Origin: Gemmatimonadota bacterium
GTDB taxonomy: Bacteria > Gemmatimonadota > Gemmatimonadetes > Palauibacterales > KS3-K002
DNA: 64,000 bases
Assembly: GCA_020350785.1 (NCBI GenBank)
Contig: CP070722.1
Span: 3,684,241 to 3,748,240, forward strand
Direction of reading: 5' to 3'
In this document: in pieces, positions 46,617 to 57,119 of the stretch
How positions within the stretch are numbered: position 1 is the stretch's first letter
Layout of the letters: each line of letters begins with the position of its first letter
Position numbers and translations under genes: made by a program
The notes under the pieces: model-generated
The model's database searches: none
Told to the model about the DNA's origin: nothing
Seen by the model: only the letters and a program-made list of their open reading frames with translations

Positions 46617-47210
46617 GTGGCCAAGATCCCGATACCGTTCGTCGGCGGAGCGGAGGGCCCGCGACGCCCATCCCCGGACAAAGGGGAATTGGAGACCCCC
46701 TACCATCCGGGCGAGCCGGCAGAGGAGGCTCCATCGCAGGGTCTACCCGGTCTCGCACAGTCAGAGGAACGAGTGGTGTCAGAGCCGATACGTATCGAAG
46801 TCGTCGATCTGGACGAGGCTGGGGAGACGGCGCAAACGGTTAAAGAGGGCGGAGCGGGGGACCTGGAAGGCGCTGCAGCCGCCGCGGCGGAGACGGGCAT
46901 CTCGAGTGCCGCGCCGCAAGATCTGCCCGATTTCCTGACGGGACCCGATGGAGTCGCGGAGGTCTACCCGGAGAGCCAGGAGGTCACGGCCAAGTTCAGG
47001 GCGGCGAGCGACGACACCCTCAGGGGCGTTGTCCGCCTGGAGACGGCGGAGCGCCTCGAGCGAACAGCCGAGGACCTGTTGCGAGGCAAGCGGGGCGACT
47101 GGATCCGGACGCTGATCGCCGATCTGCGTCCGCAGCGTCCCGAGGTCGCCGTCCCACGCGCGTTCGCGGCCGGCTTCCTGGCGGCGAGAGCGGAAGAGGA
47201 GAAGAGCTGA
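46617..47210 (+). CDS. Hypothetical acidic Ala/Glu-rich protein
   Basis: GTG 46617 preceded by AGGAAGGAGGAG at 9-nt spacing. 197 aa with no recognisable domain. Confidence 0.5.
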   Translation: MAKIPIPFVGGAEGPRRPSPDKGELETPYHPGEPAEEAPSQGLPGLAQSEERVVSEPIRIEVVDLDEAGETAQTVKEGGAGDLEGAAAAAAETGISSAAPQDLPDFLTGPDGVAEVYPESQEVTAKFRAASDDTLRGVVRLETAERLERTAEDLLRGKRGDWIRTLIADLRPQRPEVAVPRAFAAGFLAARAEEEKS

Positions 47211-47214
47211 CACC

Positions 47215-47925
47215 ATGGTACAGCGCAATACATCGGATGAAGACAGATTCGTAGCCAGTACTTTCCAGGTTCTCAACTGGGCACAGAAACACACTCGCGC
47301 ACTGGTCGTCGGCGCTGTCGCCCTCGCGATCGGGCTTCTGGCCGTGCGCTACTACGTCGACTTCCAGAAGCAGGTACGGGAGGCGGCATCCACCGAAATC
47401 CGTAACGTAAGAGCGGAGCTGCTCAGCGGTGACGCCAGCCAAGTCGTCGACCAGCTGCGCGCCTTCCTAGTCCAGTACGAGGGCAGCGATTACGCTCAAG
47501 AGGCCCGCGTGCTGCTGGCGCACTCGCTTCTGCTCTCGAACCGGGCCAGCGAGGCGATCGAGCCGGCCCGTCAGGCCATGAGCGACGTCGGGCGCGACCC
47601 GTTGTCGACCCGGGCGGCGTTCCTCTTGGCGGCGGCCTTCGAGGAGGTGGGCGACACGGCCGGAGCGATCCAGACTTATGAGCGGATCGGCGAGCGCGAG
47701 AGGTCGCGAGTTCTGAAGACACGCGGTCTGGAAGGCGCCGCACGACTGCGGGCGGCGTTCGGCGACCGAACGGGGGCTGTGGCTCTCTATCATGAGCTGG
47801 CTGCGCTGACGCCAGAGGAAGAGACTGCGCGGCGAATGTTCTACGAGATGAGAGCTGCGGAATTGGGGGCCAAGGCGCTGGGCGCGCAAGGCTCGGGGAC
47901 GGAAGAGGCCGAGGTGACGGGTTAG
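47215..47925 (+). CDS. Membrane-anchored TPR-like protein, YfgM/UPF0070-like
   Basis: Single N-terminal TM (ALVVGAVALAIGLLAVRYYV) followed by TPR-like helical domain. Confidence 0.5.
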   Translation: MVQRNTSDEDRFVASTFQVLNWAQKHTRALVVGAVALAIGLLAVRYYVDFQKQVREAASTEIRNVRAELLSGDASQVVDQLRAFLVQYEGSDYAQEARVLLAHSLLLSNRASEAIEPARQAMSDVGRDPLSTRAAFLLAAAFEEVGDTAGAIQTYERIGERERSRVLKTRGLEGAARLRAAFGDRTGAVALYHELAALTPEEETARRMFYEMRAAELGAKALGAQGSGTEEAEVTG

Positions 47926-48025
47926 GACCAGAAAGCTGAGGATCTGGGAGGGGTTGGCATATGGCGCATAATACATATTATGTTACCCAGACCGTACACC
48001 CTCCACTTACACAAACCATCACGCA

Positions 48026-49063
48026 CTAACACCCCTCTCCCACCACTCGCCTCCCCGCGGCACGACCGCTGACGACTCGACGAACCTCTCCTGCGCTCGG
48101 GGCCGCCGCTCCGCGCTCCATCACCGCCAACCCCGCAGCTACGTTCGCCAAAGCCGCGGCCTCCTCGAAGGTCGAGCCGGCCGCCAGGGCCAGCGTGTAG
48201 GCTGCGATCACCGTGTCGCCCGCTCCCGTCACATCGACGATTTCCCTCACCTGGTCGACCGGTATGTCGATTCGCGGGCGCCGCGGTTGGTAGAGGGCCA
48301 TACCACGCTTTCCCCGGGTCACGAGGAGCGCTTCAAGTAGCAACCGCCGCTGGGTGGTCCGCGCCGCCTTGTCCAACAGAGCTTCGTCGTCGCCGAACGC
48401 CACCCGGCTGACCTCTTCCAGCTCGGGCTCGTTGGGCGTGGCCGAGACCGCCTCTCGAAAGTCGAGCAGGTTGTGACGAGAGTCGATCACGCTGAGCAGT
48501 GACCGTTTCCGCACGAGCCTCGCAAATACCGATGGTCGAACCGTCCCCAGCGAGTAATCGGAGACGATCACGCCGTCGGCATCACGAAGAGCCTGACGCA
48601 AGCGCGTCTCGATCTCGGAGTCAAGCACATTTCGGTAGCCGCCTGCGGAGTCGATCCTTATTACTTGCTGCTTGACCGTGTGGAGTCCCCCGGCCAGCAC
48701 GCGCATCTTGATCGCGGTTTGCACCTCCGATTTGCCCAACACGTGGGTTGTGTCGATTCCGCGCGAGGCGAACTCCTGAGTCAAGCGGCGGCCCATCTCG
48801 TCCTTGCCAAGTATTCCGACCGGCACCGGAATACCACCCAATGCTGCCACGTTCATCACGGCATTTCCTGCGCAGCCCGCCGACACCGTGTCCCATTCTT
48901 TCTCTAGTATCAGCACAGGGGCTTCCCGGGAGATGCGAGACGTATCTCCGTACACGGTGTGATCCGCGACCAGGTCTCCCCAGACGACGATACGTTTACC
49001 TTCCAGGTCCGACAGCTGGCGCAGTAGACGCTCGGTATCTTGGGTACTTTCTTCGTTCTTCAT
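48026..49063 (-). CDS. D-glycero-beta-D-manno-heptose-7-phosphate kinase (HldE/RfaE domain I, PfkB family)
   Basis: RIVVWGDLVADHTVYGDTSRISREAPV...AGCAGNAVMNVAALG collinear with the HldE kinase domain. C-terminal DTVIAAY ATP motif. Confidence 0.82.
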   Translation of the reverse strand: MKNEESTQDTERLLRQLSDLEGKRIVVWGDLVADHTVYGDTSRISREAPVLILEKEWDTVSAGCAGNAVMNVAALGGIPVPVGILGKDEMGRRLTQEFASRGIDTTHVLGKSEVQTAIKMRVLAGGLHTVKQQVIRIDSAGGYRNVLDSEIETRLRQALRDADGVIVSDYSLGTVRPSVFARLVRKRSLLSVIDSRHNLLDFREAVSATPNEPELEEVSRVAFGDDEALLDKAARTTQRRLLLEALLVTRGKRGMALYQPRRPRIDIPVDQVREIVDVTGAGDTVIAAYTLALAAGSTFEEAAALANVAAGLAVMERGAAAPSAGEVRRVVSGRAAGRRVVGEGC

Positions 49064-49093
49064 CGCGCTTTGTCTGTTTTCCCTGCGTCTCCG

Positions 49094-49822
49094 CTACAAT
49101 CTACCGATCGTTCTCAGTAAGCGGAGCGCCCATACTCGCCAGATGGCTTCTCGAATGATCTTCCCACTCATTTTGCTAGTCCCTTCGGTACGATCGGTGA
49201 AGATGATCTTGATCTCGGTGATACGGAAACCCCTACGCCAGGCACGAAACGTGGTCTCGATTTGGAACGAGTAGCCCTCCGAGCGAATCGCGTCCAGGTT
49301 GATTTGCTCGAGCACCTTGCGTCGATAGCATTTGAAACCACCCGTTGTGTCACTGAAGGGCAAGCCGGTGACTATACGTGAGTACTTGTTGGCAAAGTAG
49401 CTGAGCAGAAGTCGCGACATCGGCCAGTTCACCACTGTAACGCCTCGCAGGTATCGGGAGCCCAAGACGAGATCGTTTCGCTTCGCGGCTTCCAAGAACT
49501 CAGGAATATGGTCCGGGTTATGAGAGAAGTCGGAGTCCATCTCGAAAACGTATTCGTAGCCCCTTGCGAGAGCCCACTTGAAGCCGGCGAGGTAGGCGGT
49601 CCCCAGACCCTGCTTGCCGGCGCGATGCAACACATGCACCCTCTGATCCGCTCGGGCGAGCTGATCCGCAAGCTCGCCTGTACCGTCCGGAGAGTTGTCG
49701 TCCACGATCAGAATCTCGATGCCGGGATCCTGCCCCAAGGCTCTCGGTACTATCACCGGGAGATTCTCTCGCTCGTTGTAGGTCGGCATCACGATCAGTG
49801 TGCGTTCCTTCTCAGTCGCCAT
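49094..49822 (-). CDS. GT2 polyprenol-phosphate mannosyl/glycosyl transferase (Ppm1/Dpm1-like, soluble catalytic domain)
   Basis: LIVMPTYNERENL...ILIVDDNSPDGT...EMDSDFSHNP (DxD/DAD-type motifs). 242 aa without TM anchor. Confidence 0.8.
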   Translation of the reverse strand: MATEKERTLIVMPTYNERENLPVIVPRALGQDPGIEILIVDDNSPDGTGELADQLARADQRVHVLHRAGKQGLGTAYLAGFKWALARGYEYVFEMDSDFSHNPDHIPEFLEAAKRNDLVLGSRYLRGVTVVNWPMSRLLLSYFANKYSRIVTGLPFSDTTGGFKCYRRKVLEQINLDAIRSEGYSFQIETTFRAWRRGFRITEIKIIFTDRTEGTSKMSGKIIREAIWRVWALRLLRTIGRL

Positions 49823-50783
49823 CTCCGCCCTTCCCGCTATGTTGTCGCAAACGCTGCCAGAGGGCGCCGCTCCCCAGGCCGACGACGGGTAACAGCTCCG
49901 CCGCAGTCATCCACAGTCTCGCGATCACCGCCAGGACAGCAGCCGCCGGCGCGTTCACCCAGGGTGCCAGCAGAAGAGCCAGGGCACCCTCCCGTACACC
50001 GATTCCCGCGGGCGCAAATATGGCCGCGTAGCCCAAGAAATAGGCCGTGGCAAGGGATCCGACCGCCGCGGGCCAAAAAACCCGCGGAAGCGCGGGAAAC
50101 GCCGACCAGAGCAGCCCGAAAGCGATTCCATACCCTATCCAGGCCGGAAGGTACAGGCCCAGCCAGCGCGCTCCGAACCAGCCACCGACCGCAGGAGGCT
50201 CACCACTGCTACGCCCCAGCCGGAAGGCGAACGCAAGGCCCCGGCGAAGCACTTCAGGCCAGGTGGTGGCTATGCCCACCAGGGCGAGCAAGACAAGACC
50301 CCAGGGTAGCAGCTCACGCGGATATTCCGCCTTACCGGCCAAACTCAGGGCGATTACAGCCACTGCCGCGGCAGCCCCGAGAGAGAACAACTGGCCCAAG
50401 ATCGCCGCCGCTGAGGCGACGGCCAGCGGAACACCGCGCCGCTGGGCCAGGTAAGCTAGTCCGGCCAACTGCCAGAACTTTCCGGGGACGTAGCGACCCA
50501 AGTTGGCGACGAAGAAGATCTTGAAGGCCTCGACGAGCCTCAAGGGGGGTCCTCCAAGGGCCTGGACCATGCGCGACCAGAGCTCTACCAGGTAAGCGAA
50601 CACGGCCAATAGGACGGCAAATGAGGCGAGCAGAGGCAACCAGTTCGGGCGCCAGGCAGCCGCGTCGACGGCAGCGACTTCTTTCCACGACACACGTAAC
50701 GAGCGAAATAAGAAGTAGGTAACCGCGACTGTAAGGACGAACTGGGCGACCCGGAGCGCCCAGCGCCGTATCGAAGGGCTCAC
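49812..50783 (-). CDS. Polytopic membrane protein of the lysylphosphatidylglycerol-synthase TM-region/UPF0104 'flippase-like' family
   Basis: ~8 TM helices, 323 aa. Overlaps both neighbours (ATGA with upstream gene). Confidence 0.5.
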   Translation of the reverse strand: MSPSIRRWALRVAQFVLTVAVTYFLFRSLRVSWKEVAAVDAAAWRPNWLPLLASFAVLLAVFAYLVELWSRMVQALGGPPLRLVEAFKIFFVANLGRYVPGKFWQLAGLAYLAQRRGVPLAVASAAAILGQLFSLGAAAAVAVIALSLAGKAEYPRELLPWGLVLLALVGIATTWPEVLRRGLAFAFRLGRSSGEPPAVGGWFGARWLGLYLPAWIGYGIAFGLLWSAFPALPRVFWPAAVGSLATAYFLGYAAIFAPAGIGVREGALALLLAPWVNAPAAAVLAVIARLWMTAAELLPVVGLGSGALWQRLRQHSGKGGDGD

Positions 50784-53257
50784 TTCGAGCCCCCGCCCTT
50801 CCCTGCCGTATCCTTACCTTCGCTGTTCCGCCGTCTCGAGTGTGCCAGAGAGCCGCCCACCAGCCCGAGCGCCAAGATCAGCGATATGCCGGTCGTCCAC
50901 ATTGAAGCACGCAGCAGTGAGGAGCGAAACTGAAGGCGAACCTGGTGCCGCCCCGCCGGTATCTGCAACGCCCGCATGGTGTAATCGGCTCGCAGAAGCG
51001 GCTGGTTGATCCCATCCACCTCGACCTCCCAGGCGGGGTAGTGGTTATCCGAGATGACCAGATACCCCGGTTGGTCGGAATCCACCTCAAGCGCGTAGCC
51101 GTTGGGGTCACGCTCTAACCAGCGGACGGTCCCTTGGACCTGGCGGTAACTCTCACCGTCGTGCTCCTGGGTCAAGATCATCTCGCTGGCTGGATCGAAA
51201 TCCGAGCTCAGCAGACGATCGAGTATCAGCGAATCGGGGAGCGTCTCGATCCTCGAAACCAGGAATGCTCGGGGGAAGCTCCTGGCGAGCTCGTAGACCA
51301 ACGACCGGCGACCCCGGTAAACCTCGCGCAGTCCGGGGCCCTGAATAGGAGCACCGCTCACGATGTAGCGGACGTTCAGAAGGCGGAGAATCCGCAGCAG
51401 GCTCTCGGGTGATTGGGCACGCGCCATCAGGTCCCGATAACGGCCCAGCTCGTTCCCGTGGTGACCCTGCAGCTGCTCCAACCCGTGGAAGGCAAAGTGG
51501 TTGAGTCTGTAAACAGCGGAGCCAGGTAGCTGGAATACGCGGAACGGTTCCTCCACCGCCGATCGCTCGAGCAGGTATTCCGTGGTGTCGTCGCGCGGAT
51601 AGATCAACGCCGGGTTAATCACCTGGATGAACTGCGAATCGATGCGCAGCAGGTCCAAGATGCTGAGGACTACGAGCGCTCCGATCCAGGCCAGCTGGTT
51701 CAGAGACCTGCGCCTGCGCAGATGGTGGGCGGCGGCCAACAACCCGGTGATCAAGACGGTGAGCCATAGACCGCTCCGGATGTTGGGCAGGTTGGCCTCC
51801 AGGGCAGCCATCTTTGCAGGGGTTATGTCGCGATATAGAACGCTGACCCACGCATCAGTAAACGTTCCACTCGCAGCAAGAACGGCCAGAAGCGCGAACA
51901 AGCCAGTGGCGCTCCAGAGGTAGATCGTGGCCTTACTCTTGTGGACGTCTCGCGAGCGCGGCTCCTCGTCCTCGCGCATGTTTTCCAAGCCCAGCGCCGC
52001 TGCAGTAATAACGGATATGGCGAAGATGAACATGATGCTGCTTGGGGCACGGAACAGCTTGACGCCCGGCACAAACCAGTAGAATGCGTAGAACAACGGC
52101 GTCGTGGCCCCCAGCGCGTAGATGAGGCTGGCGGCGGCAAGTCCTGTGAAAAGCCAGATTTCGCCGCGCCTGCGCCTAGTCATGAAGGCCAGGGGTAGCA
52201 GCAGGAGCGGAATCAGGCCGCCGTACTCGTGATTGAGTTTGAATTGATTTCGACCCCAATAGGTGTTGGTGACCGCTTCCTCGGTCGCGATGTTGCCGCC
52301 GATGAACTCGGGTACGACCAGCGAAAAGGCCTCTTCAGGATGCAATGACCACGACGTGGAATAGGCGTAGCCTCTTTCCTCCTCCGCCTCCGTCGTCTTC
52401 TCCACGCGCTGCGAGTACTGAGTCAGATACCGTAAAGGGGCCCAGATCTGCACAGCCCCGATCGCCAGCGCTCCCAGCGCCCCAGCGAAGGCGAGGGCGC
52501 CGAGGCGGCCGCCCAGCTTCAGGCGCGACTCACCGGCCCGCCACCCCTGAACCAGTCGGAAAGCCGCCAGCACGACGATGGCCCAGGTCGTGAAGTAAGC
52601 GAGCTGCATATGAGCCGTAAAGATGAGGAGAGCAACGATCAACGACAGGGTGGCGAAGCGGAAAGTCGCACCCCGCGTGATCGCCCAATCCGTGACCCAG
52701 AGGGCCAGCGGTGTCAGAGCCGTCACGAAGAGCTTGCCGTCGTGACCGGGATAGATGAGGCTGATCAACACGGGGGCGAGCATATAGGCGACGCCACCCC
52801 AGGTGGCGATCGCCGCGCTGATTCTCAGATGACGAAGCCAACCGTACGTGACGATCCCGGCCAGGAAGACATGGACGACCAGCTTCCAACCCATTGCGCG
52901 ATGCACGGGCATGATGAACTGCAGCAGCGTCGTAGGGTAGAAGATGTCACCATGCATTGCGTCAACGAACGGCAAGCCTCCGAACAGATAAGGGTTCCAG
53001 AGCGGAAACACGTGGGCGGCGCGGACTACCTCCGCGTACCAGTGGCGGGCATAGTAGCCGAGCTCAAGCACGTCACTCCCGAAGATCAGGCCATTCGAGA
53101 CGATGAACTCTCGAAACACGACAAGCGTCAGAACCGCGAATAGAGCATACGGCGCCCAGCGCGGCAGGCTCGGAGTTTGGAAAGCGGAGGCCTCCCCCTC
53201 CTGCGATTTCCGCTTTCCGCCGGCGTCGCTAATTCTTTTCGACCGCTTTCCAGTCAT
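50780..53257 (-). CDS. YfhO-family GT-C membrane glycosyltransferase (putative)
   Basis: 825 aa, >12 TM helices interspersed with a large extracytoplasmic C-terminal domain. N-terminal region resembles YfhO. Confidence 0.5.
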   Translation of the reverse strand: MTGKRSKRISDAGGKRKSQEGEASAFQTPSLPRWAPYALFAVLTLVVFREFIVSNGLIFGSDVLELGYYARHWYAEVVRAAHVFPLWNPYLFGGLPFVDAMHGDIFYPTTLLQFIMPVHRAMGWKLVVHVFLAGIVTYGWLRHLRISAAIATWGGVAYMLAPVLISLIYPGHDGKLFVTALTPLALWVTDWAITRGATFRFATLSLIVALLIFTAHMQLAYFTTWAIVVLAAFRLVQGWRAGESRLKLGGRLGALAFAGALGALAIGAVQIWAPLRYLTQYSQRVEKTTEAEEERGYAYSTSWSLHPEEAFSLVVPEFIGGNIATEEAVTNTYWGRNQFKLNHEYGGLIPLLLLPLAFMTRRRRGEIWLFTGLAAASLIYALGATTPLFYAFYWFVPGVKLFRAPSSIMFIFAISVITAAALGLENMREDEEPRSRDVHKSKATIYLWSATGLFALLAVLAASGTFTDAWVSVLYRDITPAKMAALEANLPNIRSGLWLTVLITGLLAAAHHLRRRRSLNQLAWIGALVVLSILDLLRIDSQFIQVINPALIYPRDDTTEYLLERSAVEEPFRVFQLPGSAVYRLNHFAFHGLEQLQGHHGNELGRYRDLMARAQSPESLLRILRLLNVRYIVSGAPIQGPGLREVYRGRRSLVYELARSFPRAFLVSRIETLPDSLILDRLLSSDFDPASEMILTQEHDGESYRQVQGTVRWLERDPNGYALEVDSDQPGYLVISDNHYPAWEVEVDGINQPLLRADYTMRALQIPAGRHQVRLQFRSSLLRASMWTTGISLILALGLVGGSLAHSRRRNSEGKDTAGKGGGSK

Positions 53258-54299
53258 CTAGTAGCTCGCTGTATATCTCGACGTGTCGGTCTACCAGTCG
53301 GCGTAGACTCCACTTCTCGACGACCCGACGCCTACCTTCTTCACCCATTCGTCTGAGGTCAGGCCGTCCAAGCAGCGCCAGAACCGCGCCCGCGAGCGCA
53401 GCGTGATCGCTCGGCCGGAACAGCATCCCCACGCCTTCATCAATGATCTCGGGCAGACCGCCGACAGCAGAGGCCGCCAAGGGCAGGCCGCAGGCCATCG
53501 CCTCCAGAGCGGCGATCGACGTCGCCTCCATCAGCGAGGGGATGACCGCCAGGTCGGCGGCCGCCAGCAATGCCGGCATCTGCGCATTTGGACGCGCCCC
53601 CAAGAACTCGACCCGTTCGGACACCCCCAAGTTCTCAGCGAGGGCGACCAATTTCTCGCGTTCGGGGCCGTCTCCGACGATGCTGGCCTCTACATCCAGT
53701 TCGTTCAAGATAAGTGGCATTGCGCGCAGGAAGAACTCGACACCGTTCTTTGGGAACAGTCTTCGAGGCACGATGAGCCGTGGTCGGTGCTTCTCTTCCC
53801 TCCCTAGGCCCGGGACGAAGCGCTCGGTGTCAACCGCGTTGGTCATCACCTCGGCACGCGGGTGTGGGTACAGCTCCTGCGCTACGTTCAAGATCTCTCT
53901 GCTGGTCGCGAGCAGATAGTCCGCCGACGAGATTATCGATCGGAACACAGGCCGCCACGACCGCCTCCGCGCCCGCATCAGAAAGTGCGAGGTGTGAAGC
54001 GTTAAGACGAAAGGCCGGCGGTGTCGGGCCCGCGTCACGATCGGGGGCAGACCGCAAGCGAATGTGTGAGCGTGAAAGATGTCCGCGTAACATGCCATCT
54101 GCATGTGGACAGGGACGGTTGCGGCGACGTGCGCCATCCAGCCAATGGGCGTGCGTGCCGGCATCCAGACCCGGTGGACGTGCACACCAGCAACATCTTC
54201 ATCCCGTTCCAGACCAGGCCTGGAGTGCGAAGTGAGCATGTCGACGACGTGTCCCTGTCCGACGAGACCCTGAGCCAGACCAGCGACATGGCTCTCCAA
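53229..54299 (-). CDS. Glycosyltransferase family 4 (GT-B)
   Basis: C-terminal EATSIAALEAMACGLPLAASAVGGLPEII (E-x7-E motif). TTG start. Confidence 0.8.
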   Translation of the reverse strand: MESHVAGLAQGLVGQGHVVDMLTSHSRPGLERDEDVAGVHVHRVWMPARTPIGWMAHVAATVPVHMQMACYADIFHAHTFACGLPPIVTRARHRRPFVLTLHTSHFLMRARRRSWRPVFRSIISSADYLLATSREILNVAQELYPHPRAEVMTNAVDTERFVPGLGREEKHRPRLIVPRRLFPKNGVEFFLRAMPLILNELDVEASIVGDGPEREKLVALAENLGVSERVEFLGARPNAQMPALLAAADLAVIPSLMEATSIAALEAMACGLPLAASAVGGLPEIIDEGVGMLFRPSDHAALAGAVLALLGRPDLRRMGEEGRRRVVEKWSLRRLVDRHVEIYSELLDDWKAVEKN

Positions 54300-54343
54300 T
54301 CCACCGACTTCGGGCGGATAGTAGATGCACTGCAGCAGGACTC

Positions 54344-55510
54344 TCAGCTCCAGTCCTCCGTCTGCCGGGGTTTACCCAGCGTTTGGTGAAGCAGGATGTC
54401 GGCGATTCGCTCCCCGGCCGACCCATCTCCATACGGGTTCTTCGCTTTCGACATGCGGCTGTGCGCTTCGGAGTCTTCGAGCAACTTGGTGCCCAATCTC
54501 ACAATTCTCTCCCCTGATGTCCCCACCAGCTCCGCAACACCCGCTGCGACTCCCTCGGGCCGCTCGGTCACTTCGCGCAGGACCAATACCGGGACGCCGA
54601 ATGAGGGCGCCTCTTCTTGGATCCCACCCGAGTCCGTGAGCACCAGATGAGATCTCGAGAGAACTCTCACCAAATCAGAGTACCTCAACGGCTCGAGCAG
54701 CTTAAAGTTATTAGTATCGGAGAGCATGTCGGCCGCCGGTCGCCGAACATTGGGGTTCGGGTGAACCGGGTAGACGAAGAGATCTTCGGGATGCGTTGTC
54801 GCCAGAGCCCGGAGCGCCGCAAAGATCTCTCGTACCGGGCGACCGAATGACTCGCGTCGATGAACCGTTATGAGGACGATCCTCCGGCCGCTGTTCAGGA
54901 TCTCATCGAGTGCCGGGTCGACCAGGGGTTGTCGCGCCTCAGCCAGCGACTGCACCGCATCGACCACCGTGTTACCTGTCACATGTACACGGTCACCGGG
55001 CACGCCCTCGGTCAACAGGTTGTCTCTGGCTCCTGCGGTCGGTGCGAAATACAGATCGGACAGCACATCTGCCAAGCGCCGGTAGACCTCTTCCGGAAAA
55101 GGTGCCCATTTGTTGCGCGATCGCAGCCCGGCCTCCACGTGAGCGACTCGAGCGTGCTCATAGAACGCGGCCAGCGATCCATAGAATACGGTGGCCGTAT
55201 CGCCCTGGACTACGACGACCTCCGGCTGCAGCGAACGGAATAGCGTGCGTAGGCGGCCCAGGCTCTCGATGCCGATATCGTACAGATCCTGATTCGGCCG
55301 CATTATTCCCAGGTCCTCGTCAATGCGCATGTCGAGGCTGGACAGCGCGCTATCCAGGAGTTCGTCGTGTTGGCCGGTGGAGACGACGCGGACGTCAATT
55401 TCCCCCCCGCGTTGGGCAAGGGCTCGCACCACGGGGGCCAGCTTGATCGCTTCCGGCCGGGTGCCGAAGAGCACCAGTATACCAGGACGCCTTTCCGCGT
55501 CAGCTCCCAT
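54344..55510 (-). CDS. wecB: UDP-N-acetylglucosamine 2-epimerase (non-hydrolysing)
   Basis: ILVLFGTRPEAIKLAPV, HVEAGLRS, DSGGIQEEAPSFGVPVLVLR motifs. Confidence 0.88.
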   Translation of the reverse strand: MGADAERRPGILVLFGTRPEAIKLAPVVRALAQRGGEIDVRVVSTGQHDELLDSALSSLDMRIDEDLGIMRPNQDLYDIGIESLGRLRTLFRSLQPEVVVVQGDTATVFYGSLAAFYEHARVAHVEAGLRSRNKWAPFPEEVYRRLADVLSDLYFAPTAGARDNLLTEGVPGDRVHVTGNTVVDAVQSLAEARQPLVDPALDEILNSGRRIVLITVHRRESFGRPVREIFAALRALATTHPEDLFVYPVHPNPNVRRPAADMLSDTNNFKLLEPLRYSDLVRVLSRSHLVLTDSGGIQEEAPSFGVPVLVLREVTERPEGVAAGVAELVGTSGERIVRLGTKLLEDSEAHSRMSKAKNPYGDGSAGERIADILLHQTLGKPRQTEDWS

Positions 55511-55526
55511 GGTCGCCGGCCTCGTG

Positions 55527-57107
55527 TTACGGTGACGACCGATAGGCCAGGACGTAGGCGGCCGCCGGTCCTTGGCCCACGGTGAAGATCAGGTCGAATC
55601 GTTCAGGCATACTGCGAATCACCGGTATGAGATAGCGAGCTGTCGTTCCGCTTAGGCCGGCAACTACGACATAATCTGTATGAATCGAATCGAGGAAGGC
55701 GAACATTTCGTCTTCTTCTTGAGTGAAGGGGTAGACGTCTCCCCGCCTGCCCGACCAATAGTAGAACAGCCTGGGTTTGCGACTTACCACGATAGCATCC
55801 TCAGGTGTATTGTCGCGCACCCAATGGGCTGCCTGGACGAAAGCCCGCCAGGGCGGTGGGTAACAGGCCAGCTCGTCACCTTGACGGTAAACTCGCAGAC
55901 AACTCTGGTTGAACCCAATGGTTTGGATGTGATGCGGTATCGTCAACGCTATCAGGACTCCGCTCAACACCGGCAAGGCCCACTCCGGGCGTCGGCGCCT
56001 CAAGAACTCGAAGCACCAACTCAGCCCGCCGGCAGAGTGCAGAAACAGAACAGGCAGGAGTGGGAGTAGAAAACGTCGGTCTGTCCAGACCTGTGGCCAA
56101 AGGAATATCAACGCCGCGTATAGAATCGTATACAACTCCAGGGCCCGCATCTTCCGGATCTGAGACAACCAGCCGACGACGGCCAGTGCTAAGACCAGGA
56201 GGGCGACAAGAAGAGCGACGAGGCTTATACCACCGCCAGGAGCCACGCCGGCAAGCGATTCTGGCATTACCTGCACACAGTACAGTCGGATGTTGTTAAC
56301 CACGCGCGCGAACAGCTCGGCGGGGCCCACGTATCCAAGTGACGGTGAGTACGGGTCTACCAGAAGAAAGTTGTTCGAGTAGACCCGAGCGCTCTCCCTT
56401 GCCGCGAGGCGACCCCACAGCCACCAGCCAGCCACGGCGATCACGATCGGTGCGCCGGCAAGCGCTAGCTGCCTCCAGCGACGACGCCAGGCGATCGACA
56501 GAACGAGCGCGGCTAGTAAGGGCAGTCCCGCCGCCCGGGTCAGATAAGCCAGTACGGCGCCGCTCACCGCGACGGCAAGCCAGCGCGACGAGTTCGTCAT
56601 CCGCTCGGCCGCCCAAAGCGCCACGAGCGTCAGCAGGACAAAAGGCGCCTCAGATAGCACCCAGTGAGAGTAGTAGACCAAGACGGGGTTGACCGCGAAT
56701 GGCGCCAGGACGGCCAATCCGACCTCCCAACCCAGCCGGCGACGCGCGAGGCCGAAGAGAAAGACCAACGAAGAGGTCGTGAAGACGGCCGAGAGAACCT
56801 TGAAAAGGGTCAGGCCCCCTCCCAGGGCTCCGGTGACGGCAAGCAGGGCGGGATAGACCGGGGGATACTGCGCGTGTAACGGTTCGCCGGGCAGGTAGAC
56901 GTCGCGATAGCCGCGGCCGGATTCCAGCGCCTCGGCAAGAATCATGTAGCCGGCGTTATCGCCGCCGACGAATGGCTTGGGATCGAACTGGAGAGTCGCG
57001 AGGAAGATATGCGCGAGCAGCAGGGCGCTCAGAATCGCCCACCCCGCTCGACCGCCCGAGGAACCCAACTTCACCTGCCCCTCAGTCTTCCCCTCTGCCG
57101 CCCCCAT
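55527..57107 (-). CDS. GT-C glycosyltransferase, ArnT/PMT (GT83/GT39)-like polyprenol-phosphate-sugar-dependent transferase
   Basis: 526 aa, ~11 TM helices. First periplasmic loop after TM1 resembles the ArnT/PMT_2 family. Paired with a GtrB-like GT2 immediately upstream. Confidence 0.55.
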   Translation of the reverse strand: MGAAEGKTEGQVKLGSSGGRAGWAILSALLLAHIFLATLQFDPKPFVGGDNAGYMILAEALESGRGYRDVYLPGEPLHAQYPPVYPALLAVTGALGGGLTLFKVLSAVFTTSSLVFLFGLARRRLGWEVGLAVLAPFAVNPVLVYYSHWVLSEAPFVLLTLVALWAAERMTNSSRWLAVAVSGAVLAYLTRAAGLPLLAALVLSIAWRRRWRQLALAGAPIVIAVAGWWLWGRLAARESARVYSNNFLLVDPYSPSLGYVGPAELFARVVNNIRLYCVQVMPESLAGVAPGGGISLVALLVALLVLALAVVGWLSQIRKMRALELYTILYAALIFLWPQVWTDRRFLLPLLPVLFLHSAGGLSWCFEFLRRRRPEWALPVLSGVLIALTIPHHIQTIGFNQSCLRVYRQGDELACYPPPWRAFVQAAHWVRDNTPEDAIVVSRKPRLFYYWSGRRGDVYPFTQEEDEMFAFLDSIHTDYVVVAGLSGTTARYLIPVIRSMPERFDLIFTVGQGPAAAYVLAYRSSP

Positions 57108-57119
57108 CCCTCGGCCTCT

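Noticed and set aside
47926-48025. 100-nt AT-rich, C-rich/G-poor convergent intergenic region containing CATATGGCGCATAATACATATTATG, considered as a bidirectional terminator or small RNA.
   Set aside because: Only short AT-only or imperfect stems (ATAATA/TATTAT with 2-nt loop; CCAGA/TCTGG). No convincing hairpin plus U-tract on either strand. The compositional dip alone is insufficient.
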